Assembly (NCBI RefSeq): GCF_988243305.1
Contig: NZ_OZ547136.1
Length of the DNA stretch: 64,000 nt
Reading direction: 5' to 3' (one strand)
Positions 1 to 9,113 of this stretch are shown piece after piece; the first letter of the stretch is position 1, and every line of letters begins with the position of its first letter. The translations under genes were made by a program, and so were the position numbers. Under the pieces are notes generated by a model. It was not told where the DNA came from. It made no database searches and was given only the letters and a program-made list of their open reading frames with translations.

Positions 1-81
1 ATCCGCACCGGCAAAAAAAGCGTGCTGGATTATCTGTTGAAACCCTTTAATAAAGCACAGGAGGCGTTGCGCGAACGATGA
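1..81 (+). CDS. 3' end of upstream CDS, truncated by window start (26 codons plus stop)
   Basis: Open frame from position 1 to TGA at 79-81; the stop overlaps the cueR ATG (ATGA at 78-81). By synteny possibly ybaT, not verified. Confidence 0.4.
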
Positions 82-485
82 ACATTAGCGATGTAGCAAA
101 AATTACCGGCCTGACCAGCAAAGCCATTCGCTTCTATGAAGAGAAGGGGCTGGTGACGCCGCCGATGCGCAGCGAAAATGGTTATCGAACCTACACGCAG
201 CAGCATCTCAACGAACTGACCTTACTGCGCCAGGCGCGCCAGGTGGGCTTTAACCTGGAAGAGAGCGGCGAACTGGTGAATCTGTTTAACGACCCACAGC
301 GTCACAGCGCCGATGTAAAACGGCGCACGCTGGAGAAGGTAGCGGAGATCGAACGGCACATTGAGGAGCTGCAATCCATGCGCGACCAGCTACTGGCGCT
401 GGCGAATGCCTGCCCTGGTGATGACAGCGCCGACTGCCCGATTATCGAAAATCTCTCCGGCTGCTGTCATCATCGGGCGGGGTGA
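78..485 (+). CDS. cueR: MerR-family copper-responsive regulator CueR
   Basis: 135-aa ORF; N-terminal MerR HTH ([25 protein letters not shown]) and C-terminal Cys motif ([10 protein letters not shown]) recognised. Confidence 0.9.
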
Positions 486-488
486 AAA

Positions 489-692
489 TCAGTTAATCCC
501 CGTTTGCACCGAAAGAATATGCTGCAAACTTTCTACCATAATGCGCCCCGACTGAAATAAGCCTTCCTGGATTTCGTTGTTAACATTCACAGCGTGAACC
601 AGGGAGGCTAATAACACCACTTGCAAGAAGGCAAAAATAAACGCACCGATAATCATAATATGCGTCAGGGGGATTTTCCTTTGCTCCTTCAT
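489..692 (-). CDS. hypothetical small membrane protein (67 aa)
   Basis: ORF with one hydrophobic helix (IMIIGAFIFAFLQVVLLASLV); its ATG overlaps the stop of the upstream lipoprotein gene (ATGA at 689-692). Confidence 0.4.
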   Translation of the reverse strand: MKEQRKIPLTHIMIIGAFIFAFLQVVLLASLVHAVNVNNEIQEGLFQSGRIMVESLQHILSVQTGIN

Positions 693-1111
693 TTTAAATA
701 ACCCACAAACTGACCTTCTTTCATTAAGGCGACTTTTCCTGTGTGATGATAAACAATGACGTTATACAGACCTGACTGATAAACAGTGGCATCTTTATTG
801 TCTTCATCAATTGCACATAATGAATCATTGAGATAAGCAAAGTTTTTACTGCTCATTCTAAAGGTCATGCCAAATCCTTTATAAATGGCTTTCTTTGCCG
901 CCTGGGCATGTTGTGCGGCTTCTGCATTTTTAAATGCCTGCGCTTCGGATGCACTTAAAATAGCCGTCTGACGCTGTTGTTCTGCGAGATAACAGGTGTC
1001 ATGGCTGACGCCCTGCGCCTGGCAATCTGCGATGCGGGAAGTGGGTGAACTACAGCCAGCCAGTAATATAACCGCCAGCAGGGAAAACGATTTAATGGAG
1101 CTATTCATCAT
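689..1111 (-). CDS. putative lipoprotein (140 aa), co-transcribed downstream of the trimeric autotransporter
   Basis: Signal peptide with lipobox LLAGC; 53-bp gap to the upstream adhesin gene, same strand. Confidence 0.55.
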   Translation of the reverse strand: MMNSSIKSFSLLAVILLAGCSSPTSRIADCQAQGVSHDTCYLAEQQRQTAILSASEAQAFKNAEAAQHAQAAKKAIYKGFGMTFRMSSKNFAYLNDSLCAIDEDNKDATVYQSGLYNVIVYHHTGKVALMKEGQFVGYLK

Positions 1112-1164
1112 TGTTAACCTTAAATAATGTACGGAAAATTGCGAATAAGAAATTGCTGTTAAAA

Positions 1165-2181
1165 TTAGAACGAATATCCCACGCCGACACCCGCACCGAA
1201 ATCAGATTGTGTATCCGCAGAAATACCTGCTTTAAGTACCGTATGCGTTCCGGCATTAAAAGATGTTCCTACAGACACCGCAGATTCACCGTTGAACGTT
1301 CCCGCTCCCGCTGACACCATCATCAAGTCACCGGTTTTCACCTGTGGTTGTGAGGCGATAGCGATGGCAGATGCAGTTCCCGCATTGGCTTCTTTACGAT
1401 TGTCCTCAACTTCGTTTTTCAGAGAATCGAAATGGTTATTGAGCGTGTTAATTTGTTGGCTGTTATCTGCGACCCGTTTTTGCGTGTTGGTTAACTGTTG
1501 CTGCGTTTGTGCGGAATCTTGTCTCAGACTTTCAATTTGCTCATGTGCCTGGACAGACTTCTGCGCCAGACTTTGCATTTGTTTATCGTATTGAGCCCTT
1601 TCTTTTTGCTGTTGTGCTGCCACATCGGTTGTCAGTGCATTCATTTTCTGCCCTTGTTCCGTGGTAGTGCGCTGATTAGCCTCATTTTGAGCCGCCAGCC
1701 TGGCATTAATCATCTCCTGATAATGCGCGGTATTTTGCGTATCTCCAGTCGCGGCGAGCGTTTTTTGTGTGGCTACGATCTGCGCCTGTTGCTCTGTAAT
1801 TTGCGTTTGCTGGGCATCAGTTACCGCAGACTGTCGGGCGTTGATCATGCTCTGATAACGGGCGGTTGTCTGTACATCACCTGTAGCGGCAACGGTTTTT
1901 TGTCCTGCGTCAGGATCTGTCTGGACAGGGGGAGTCTGAGTGGTATCAGGTGTTTCAGAAGGGATGTAGTGATGTTCAGTCAAATAGGTATACGCAGCGG
2001 GGCTGTTGTCTGTGCGTTCTAAAAAGCGGGTAATCTTCTGCTCAATCTCCGATTGCGACATGCCAGAGTTAATGGCTGAAAGCTCTGTTGCCGCCGCTTC
2101 AATGGTATCACCAGCTAAAACAACAGGGCTGGATGTTGCTGAAATTATGAGTGCCAGTAAAGCTACGTTTACAGTTTTCAT
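1165..2181 (-). CDS. short trimeric autotransporter adhesin-like protein (YadA-type C-terminal anchor, coiled-coil stalk)
   Basis: 338-aa ORF; N-terminal signal peptide; C-terminus ...GESAVSVGTSF...FGAGVGVGYSF resembles the YadA membrane anchor; two tandem 45-aa stalk repeats. Confidence 0.7.
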   Translation of the reverse strand: MKTVNVALLALIISATSSPVVLAGDTIEAAATELSAINSGMSQSEIEQKITRFLERTDNSPAAYTYLTEHHYIPSETPDTTQTPPVQTDPDAGQKTVAATGDVQTTARYQSMINARQSAVTDAQQTQITEQQAQIVATQKTLAATGDTQNTAHYQEMINARLAAQNEANQRTTTEQGQKMNALTTDVAAQQQKERAQYDKQMQSLAQKSVQAHEQIESLRQDSAQTQQQLTNTQKRVADNSQQINTLNNHFDSLKNEVEDNRKEANAGTASAIAIASQPQVKTGDLMMVSAGAGTFNGESAVSVGTSFNAGTHTVLKAGISADTQSDFGAGVGVGYSF

Positions 2182-2214
2182 TCATTTTCTCTTGTTCAAA
2201 ATAAGTCGCATTAA

Positions 2215-2231
2215 TGTTTCTATAAGAAACA
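2215..2231. promoter_or_regulatory. inverted repeat TGTTTCT-ATA-AGAAACA in the adhesin/HTH divergent intergenic region
   Basis: Read directly; 7-bp arms; same half-site recurs at 2344-2362. Confidence 0.35.
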
Positions 2232-2343
2232 AATAATATTGTTTTAAGAAATAAACTGCGTTGCAATTTAATCGAAATCTACGCCGCCATTTGTGTGATG
2301 TAAAGCGCATTTTTGTCTGGTGTAAGCGTGAACACCACCAATA

Positions 2344-2362
2344 AGAAACAAAAAATGTTTCT
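2344..2362. promoter_or_regulatory. everted repeat AGAAACA-AAAAA-TGTTTCT in the same intergenic region
   Basis: Read directly; the 10-mer ATAAGAAACA occurs at both 2222-2231 and 2341-2350. Confidence 0.35.
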
Positions 2363-2547
2363 TATATAAATAAAATCGAAAATCATTTTGTGCTCTTTCA
2401 ATGTAAAAAAGAGTAAAGACTTGTTTTGATAAGCGAAATAAATTCTGTTTCTGGACTAAACGTGAAGCGGTTCCTGATGTGTGCTAAAATGCGTTTCTTT
2501 GATAAATCTCAATTTTTAAGAGGTTTACGCCAGGCAGGAAAATTTAA

Positions 2548-2910
2548 ATGAATGAATTTGAGAAGATTTTTAATGAAATGAATCTGGACCGGGCATTGCT
2601 ACCGATCCTTTTTCGTTCGAACCGGTCAACAGTGTGGAAATATTTAAGTGGCGATAGTACGGCTCCTGCCTCAGCTATGTCACTGATTATGCTGTTGCAG
2701 TTAATCCAGAAACGAAACCCCGATCTGTTAGCCGAATGGTTAACGCTTTCTGATTTCACCATTCCGCCAGAAGTTTACCTGGACCAGCCTGATTACTGGA
2801 AAGGGTGGGTGTATACGCAACACAAGGTCAATAAAAACGTCCTGGAATATCTAAAAAAACATTATCCGGATGAAGACCAAAAAAACATGAATAAAGGTAG
2901 TGACGAGTAA
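2548..2910 (+). CDS. hypothetical small protein (120 aa), possible HTH DNA-binding protein
   Basis: ORF divergent from the adhesin gene across a 366-bp AT-rich spacer; helix-turn-helix-like segment RALLPILFRSNRSTVWKYLSG. Confidence 0.45.
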   Translation: MNEFEKIFNEMNLDRALLPILFRSNRSTVWKYLSGDSTAPASAMSLIMLLQLIQKRNPDLLAEWLTLSDFTIPPEVYLDQPDYWKGWVYTQHKVNKNVLEYLKKHYPDEDQKNMNKGSDE

Positions 2911-2929
2911 TTTGCCAATGCCAGTTAAT

Positions 2930-3094
<165 letters not shown>

Positions 3095-3100
<6 letters not shown>

Positions 3101-3553
3101 AATGACCGCACGGATGATCAGCGTTATCCCTTCTATCGCAATGACTTCAACATGCGTACCTGCACCGAGATCCTCGCTGGCGCTGACAGGCCATGAACTG
3201 TCACCGACGCGCATATGACCGCGCCCGTTGACCAGTGGAGATTCCAGCACAAAACGTCGGCCAATCAGCTGCTGCCCGCGCTGGTTTAAATGACTGTCGC
3301 TGTGCTTTTGTTCGCGCACCCGCCGCGACAACCATTTCCACCACAGCCAGGCGGCGAGCAGCGTCAGGACGGCAAACATCACCCCTTGCCACTCCCAACC
3401 CAGCGGCACCAGCCAGACCACCAGGCCGGTAATCACCGCTGCCACGCCGCTCCAAAGCAGATAACCATTGCCGCCCAACATCTCGGCTGCCAGCAGCAAC
3501 CCGCCGAGACTGAGCCAGAAAATATGTGGATGAACGACCATTAACTCCATCAT
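3095..3553 (-). CDS. ybbJ: NfeD-like inner membrane protein YbbJ
   Basis: 152-aa ORF with N-terminal TM helices; stop-start overlap with qmcA. Confidence 0.85.
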
Positions 3554-4467
3554 GGCTGAGTCCGCTTGTTGGCGCTGTCTTTCACCAGCTCGGCAATCCC
3601 GGCAATCGACCCCATCAGGCTGCTGGCCTCTAATGGCATCATCACTACTTTGCTGTTACTGGACGAACCGATCTGCTGTAACGCTTCGGTGTATTTCTGT
3701 GCGACGAAGTAGTTCACCGCCTGAATATCACCGGAGGCAATGGCTTCAGATACCATTTTGGTGGCGCGGGCTTCTGCTTCGGCAGAACGTTCACGCGCTT
3801 CGGCCTGTAAGAATGCCGATTGACGTTCACCTTCCGCTTTCAGGATTTGCGACTGTTTTTCACCTTCAGCTTTGAGGATTTCCGCCTGACGGATCCCTTC
3901 CGCTTCAAGGATGTAAGCGCGTTTGGTACGTTCCGCTTTCATCTGCGCGTTCATTGAAGAGATAAGCTCTGCCGGTGGGCGCACGTCGCGAATTTCAATA
4001 CGGGTGACTTTAATCCCCCACGGGTTGGTGGCTTCATCGACAATACGCAGCAGGCGTGAGTTGATGCTGTCGCGCTGAGAGAGCATTTCGTCAAGTTCCA
4101 TTGAACCCAGCACGGTACGGATGTTAGTCATGGTCAGGTTGATGATCGCCAGCTCCAGATTGCTGACTTCATAAGCCGCGCGCGGCGCGTCAATCACCTG
4201 AATAAAACAGACTGCGTCGATGGTAACGTTGGCGTTATCTTTCGAGATAACTTCCTGGGAAGGGATATCGAGCACTTGCTCCATCATATTGATCTTGCGA
4301 CCAATGCGATCCATAAACGGCACCACCAGGCTTAGACCTGGCTGTAACGTTTTGGTATAGCGACCAAAGCGTTCTACCGTCCATTGATAGCCCTGCGGCA
4401 CGATTTTGACGCCCGCGCCGACAATGACCAGTGCGACAAAAATGAGAATCGGGATAAAGATAAGCAT
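3550..4467 (-). CDS. qmcA: SPFH/stomatin-family membrane protein QmcA
   Basis: 305-aa ORF; SPFH domain and C-terminal coiled-coil repeats ([29 protein letters not shown]). Confidence 0.9.
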   Translation of the reverse strand: MLIFIPILIFVALVIVGAGVKIVPQGYQWTVERFGRYTKTLQPGLSLVVPFMDRIGRKINMMEQVLDIPSQEVISKDNANVTIDAVCFIQVIDAPRAAYEVSNLELAIINLTMTNIRTVLGSMELDEMLSQRDSINSRLLRIVDEATNPWGIKVTRIEIRDVRPPAELISSMNAQMKAERTKRAYILEAEGIRQAEILKAEGEKQSQILKAEGERQSAFLQAEARERSAEAEARATKMVSEAIASGDIQAVNYFVAQKYTEALQQIGSSSNSKVVMMPLEASSLMGSIAGIAELVKDSANKRTQP

Positions 4468-4612
4468 CGGAAAAACCTCCTGTTGTACCGTCCATAATCA
4501 GCAAAATTGCTGCTTGATTAAACAAATTATACCTGATTACTGAAAGAGAGTTCCCCCTTATTCCTGGGAAGGATAAACTGTTTTTAGTAAAAATCAGAAA
4601 AAGGGAACAGCG

Positions 4613-5290
4613 ATGCAGGAAAATAGTCCTTTGCTTCAGCTACAAAACGTAGGATATCTGGCGGGTGATGCGAAGATTCTTAATAACATCAATTTTTCGC
4701 TGCGTGCTGGCGAATTTAAGTTAATTACCGGTCCTTCTGGTTGTGGCAAAAGTACGCTGCTAAAAATAGTTGCTTCATTGATCAGCCCAACCAGCGGAAC
4801 GTTACTGTTTGAAGGTGAGGATGTCAGGACACTAAAGCCAGAAATCTACCGCCAGCAAGTGTCTTACTGCGCCCAGACGCCGACGCTGTTTGGCGATACG
4901 GTATACGATAATCTGATCTTTCCCTGGCAGATCCGTAACCAGCAGCCTGACCCGGCCATTTTTCTCGATTTTCTTGAACGCTTCGCTTTGCCGGACAGCA
5001 TTTTGACGAAGAATATCGCCGAGCTATCTGGTGGTGAAAAACAACGCATCTCATTGATTCGTAACCTGCAATTTATGCCGAAGGTTTTATTGCTGGATGA
5101 AATCACCAGTGCGCTGGATGAAAGTAATAAACATAACGTTAATGAGATGATCCATCGTTATGTGCGCGAGCAAAATATTGCTGTGCTGTGGGTGACACAC
5201 GATAAAGACGAAATTAATCATGCGGATAAGGTGATTACACTGCAACCGCATGCCGGAGAAATGCAGGAAGCACGCTATGAACTCGCATAA
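4613..5290 (+). CDS. fetA: ABC transporter ATP-binding protein FetA (YbbL)
   Basis: Walker A GPSGCGKST, ABC signature LSGGEKQR, Walker B LLLDE. Confidence 0.9.
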   Translation: MQENSPLLQLQNVGYLAGDAKILNNINFSLRAGEFKLITGPSGCGKSTLLKIVASLISPTSGTLLFEGEDVRTLKPEIYRQQVSYCAQTPTLFGDTVYDNLIFPWQIRNQQPDPAIFLDFLERFALPDSILTKNIAELSGGEKQRISLIRNLQFMPKVLLLDEITSALDESNKHNVNEMIHRYVREQNIAVLWVTHDKDEINHADKVITLQPHAGEMQEARYELA

Positions 5291-6056
5291 TATTACTAAC
5301 GAATCATTGGCACTGGCATTAATGCTGGTGGTGGTGGCAATCTTAATTAGCCATAAAGAAAAACTGGCGCTGGAGAAAGATATTCTCTGGAGCGTCGGGC
5401 GCGCGATAATTCAGCTGATTATTGTCGGCTATGTGCTGAAGTATATTTTCAGCGTGGATGATGCCAGCCTGACATTATTGATGGTGTTATTTATCTGCTT
5501 TAATGCGGCGTGGAACGCGCAAAAACGCAGTAAATATATTGCTAAAGCTTTTATCTCATCGTTTATTGCCATTACGGTTGGTGCGGGAATTACCCTGGCG
5601 GTGCTGATTCTCTCCGGGTCGATTGAATTTATCCCGATGCAGGTGATCCCTATCGCCGGGATGATAGCCGGTAACGCCATGGTAGCGGTGGGGTTGTGTT
5701 ACAACAATTTAGGGCAACGGGTGATTAGCGAACAGCAACAGATTCAGGAGAAACTGAGTCTTGGCGCTACGCCGAAACAGGCTTCAGCGATATTGATTCG
5801 CGACAGTATTCGCGCGGCTTTAATTCCGACGGTCGATTCAGCAAAAACGGTTGGCTTAGTGAGTTTACCAGGAATGATGTCCGGGCTGATATTTGCCGGG
5901 ATTGATCCGGTGAAGGCGATTAAATATCAGATTATGGTGACCTTTATGCTGCTCTCAACCGCCAGCCTGTCGACCATTATTGCCTGCTATTTGACCTATC
6001 GTAAGTTTTACAATTCGCGCCACCAGTTGGTGGTGACGCAATTGAAGAAGAAATAA
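5277..6056 (+). CDS. fetB: ABC transporter permease FetB (YbbM)
   Basis: Polytopic membrane ORF; start chosen at MNSHNITNE (259 aa) rather than the upstream ATG at 5250. Confidence 0.85.
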   Translation: MNSHNITNESLALALMLVVVAILISHKEKLALEKDILWSVGRAIIQLIIVGYVLKYIFSVDDASLTLLMVLFICFNAAWNAQKRSKYIAKAFISSFIAITVGAGITLAVLILSGSIEFIPMQVIPIAGMIAGNAMVAVGLCYNNLGQRVISEQQQIQEKLSLGATPKQASAILIRDSIRAALIPTVDSAKTVGLVSLPGMMSGLIFAGIDPVKAIKYQIMVTFMLLSTASLSTIIACYLTYRKFYNSRHQLVVTQLKKK

Positions 6057-6062
6057 TGCAAT

Positions 6063-6090
6063 GCCGGATGCGCAGCATCGCATCCGGCGT
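6063..6090. terminator. hairpin between convergent fetB and ybbN (REP-like stem GCCGGATGCG...CGCATCCGGC)
   Basis: Inverted repeat read directly. Confidence 0.4.
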
Positions 6091-6118
6091 TGTGGTTCAT
6101 GTGCCGATCAACGGAAAC

Positions 6119-7015
<897 letters not shown>

Positions 7016-7033
7016 TTAAGTGCGCGCTTCAAC

Positions 7034-7843
7034 TCACCCCTGCAATATTTTGTCCATCACGCGCCCCGGCAGCAGGCGCTTAAGCACCATTACTGCCCAG
7101 GTCACCAGCGTTACCGGATAGCGCATCTTCGGTTTCTCGCTAATAAAAGCATGGCGTACTTTGTCGACCACCGCTTCCGGTCCCAACGTAAAGCGGGCGG
7201 CGATGCCAGGATTTTCGACTGGTTTATCACTTTGCGTCTGGTTGACGTTGTCGGTGAAGCGAGTACGAATGGGACCGGGTTCGATCAGGCTAACTTTAAC
7301 TCCGCTGTGGCGCAGCTCCATGCGCAGCGCATCCGACCACGCCTCCAGCGCATATTTACTGGCCGCGTAAGCGCCACGACCCGGCGTGGAGATTAATCCC
7401 ATCACCGATGAGGTCATCACAATACGTCCTTCACCGTGCGGTAACATCGCGGGTAACAGGCGCATGGTGAGCTGGTGTGCGCCGAAAAAGTTGGCGGAAA
7501 ACTGCTGTTCCATCTGCGCACGGCTGATGGTGGAAAGGGGGCCATACATGCCGAATCCGGCATTGTTAAAGATCCCATACAGACAATTATCGGTCAGGGC
7601 GATCACTTCGTCGGCTGCGCGATCAACACTTTCTGGCGAATCCAGATCGATCAACACGCCGGTAAATCCCATGCTGTTCATGCGCTCAACATCATCCGCT
7701 TTCCGGCAACCTGCCAGCACATGAAAACCCTGGCGTTTTAATTCGAGCGCGCTTTCCAGGCCAATTCCACTGGAACATCCGGTAATTAAGACCGATTTTT
7801 GCATAACTTTACCTGTCAGGATCTCCGTTGCTTTATGAGTCAT
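7034..7843 (-). CDS. ybbO: short-chain dehydrogenase/reductase YbbO
   Basis: SDR motifs TGCSSGIG and YAASKYAL. Confidence 0.9.
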   Translation of the reverse strand: MTHKATEILTGKVMQKSVLITGCSSGIGLESALELKRQGFHVLAGCRKADDVERMNSMGFTGVLIDLDSPESVDRAADEVIALTDNCLYGIFNNAGFGMYGPLSTISRAQMEQQFSANFFGAHQLTMRLLPAMLPHGEGRIVMTSSVMGLISTPGRGAYAASKYALEAWSDALRMELRHSGVKVSLIEPGPIRTRFTDNVNQTQSDKPVENPGIAARFTLGPEAVVDKVRHAFISEKPKMRYPVTLVTWAVMVLKRLLPGRVMDKILQG

Positions 7844-8459
7844 GATTTACTAAAGGCTGCAACTGCTTCGCCATCCAGTCGGCAATAAACGGCTGGGCGT
7901 CGCGGTTGGGATGAATACCGTCATCCTGCATCCATTGTGGTTTGAGGTAGACCTCTTCCATAAAAAAGGGCAGCAGCGGAACATCAAACTCTTTGGCGAG
8001 TTTGGGGTAAATGGCGCTAAAGGCTTCATTATAACGGCGACCATAGTTTGCAGGCAGACGTATTTGCATTAACAATGGTTCAGCGTTGGCGGCTTTGACA
8101 TCCTGCAAAATCTGGCGCAGCGTTTGCTCGGTTTGTTGTGGCTGAAAACCACGCAAACCGTCATTGCCGCCCAGTTCTACCAGCACCCAGCGCGGCTGAT
8201 GCTGTTTCAGCAGAGCCGGAAGGCGCGCCAGCCCTTGTTGCGAGGTGTCGCCGCTGATGCTGGCATTGACTACCGACGTTTTATTCTGCCACTTATCATT
8301 CAACAAGGCAGGCCAGGCCGCGCTGGCAGACATTCGATACCCGGCGCTCAGGCTATCACCCAGAATCAATAACGTGTCCGCTGCGGCGGCACGGAAGGTT
8401 AACAGGACCAGGAACAGGAAGGGCAAATGCCAGCGGAAAACATTGTTGAAGTTCATCAT
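7833..8459 (-). CDS. tesA: acyl-CoA thioesterase I / lysophospholipase L1 (SGNH hydrolase) TesA
   Basis: GDSLSAGY catalytic motif; start at MMNFNNVF (208 aa). Confidence 0.9.
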   Translation of the reverse strand: MMNFNNVFRWHLPFLFLVLLTFRAAAADTLLILGDSLSAGYRMSASAAWPALLNDKWQNKTSVVNASISGDTSQQGLARLPALLKQHQPRWVLVELGGNDGLRGFQPQQTEQTLRQILQDVKAANAEPLLMQIRLPANYGRRYNEAFSAIYPKLAKEFDVPLLPFFMEEVYLKPQWMQDDGIHPNRDAQPFIADWMAKQLQPLVNHDS

Positions 8460-9113
8460 CTTAAGAAGTCCGTCGGTCAGGGGGAGCATGAACTCTCCAT
8501 CCTCACCGGAGTTGAGCTGGTTGTCAAACGTGGCGAGACCATCGCACTGGTGGGCGAGTCGGGATCGGGTAAGTCAACCTTGCTGGCGATCCTCGCCGGG
8601 CTGGATGACGGCAGCAGTGGCGAAGTGAGTCTGGTGGGACAACCGCTACATAATATGGACGAAGAAGCGCGGGCAAAGTTGCGCGCGAAGCACGTCGGCT
8701 TTGTTTTTCAGTCATTTATGTTAATTCCTACCCTTAACGCGCTGGAAAACGTCGAGCTTCCGGCGCTGCTGCGCGGTGAGAGTAGCGCGGAAAGTCGTAA
8801 CGGAGCGAAAGCGTTGCTCGAACAGTTAGGGCTGGGTAAACGTCTTGATCATCTTCCGGCACAGCTTTCCGGCGGCGAACAGCAACGAGTGGCGCTGGCG
8901 CGAGCTTTTAATGGTCGACCTGATGTGCTGTTTGCCGACGAACCCACCGGCAACCTTGACCGCCAGACGGGCGATAAAATTGCCGACCTGCTGTTTTCCC
9001 TCAACCGTGAACATGGCACCACGTTGATTATGGTGACCCACGACCTGCAACTGGCGGCACGCTGCGACCGCTGCTTACGGCTGATGAACGGGCAATTGCA
9101 GGAGGAAGCATGA
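8427..9113 (+). CDS. ybbA: ABC transporter ATP-binding protein YbbA
   Basis: Walker A GESGSGKST, signature LSGGEQQR. Confidence 0.9.
   Translation: MPAENIVEVHHLKKSVGQGEHELSILTGVELVVKRGETIALVGESGSGKSTLLAILAGLDDGSSGEVSLVGQPLHNMDEEARAKLRAKHVGFVFQSFMLIPTLNALENVELPALLRGESSAESRNGAKALLEQLGLGKRLDHLPAQLSGGEQQRVALARAFNGRPDVLFADEPTGNLDRQTGDKIADLLFSLNREHGTTLIMVTHDLQLAARCDRCLRLMNGQLQEEA

Noticed and set aside
1633-1902. Tandem DNA repeats as possible mobile-element or CRISPR-like repeats
   Set aside because: They are in-frame 135-bp coding repeats of the adhesin stalk (45-aa coiled-coil units), not non-coding repeats.
1292-2236. Plus-strand ORFs 1292-1594, 1498-2022 and 2006-2236 overlapping the adhesin gene
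   Set aside because: Antisense shadow ORFs inside a well-supported minus-strand CDS; Cys/Leu/Arg-rich low-complexity translations with no start context.
3201-3875. ORFs 3201-3455(-), 3235-3432(+), 3290-3544(+), 3552-3875(+) within ybbJ/qmcA
   Set aside because: Alternative-frame or antisense ORFs in GC-rich coding DNA; Arg/Pro/Ala-rich translations typical of spurious frames.
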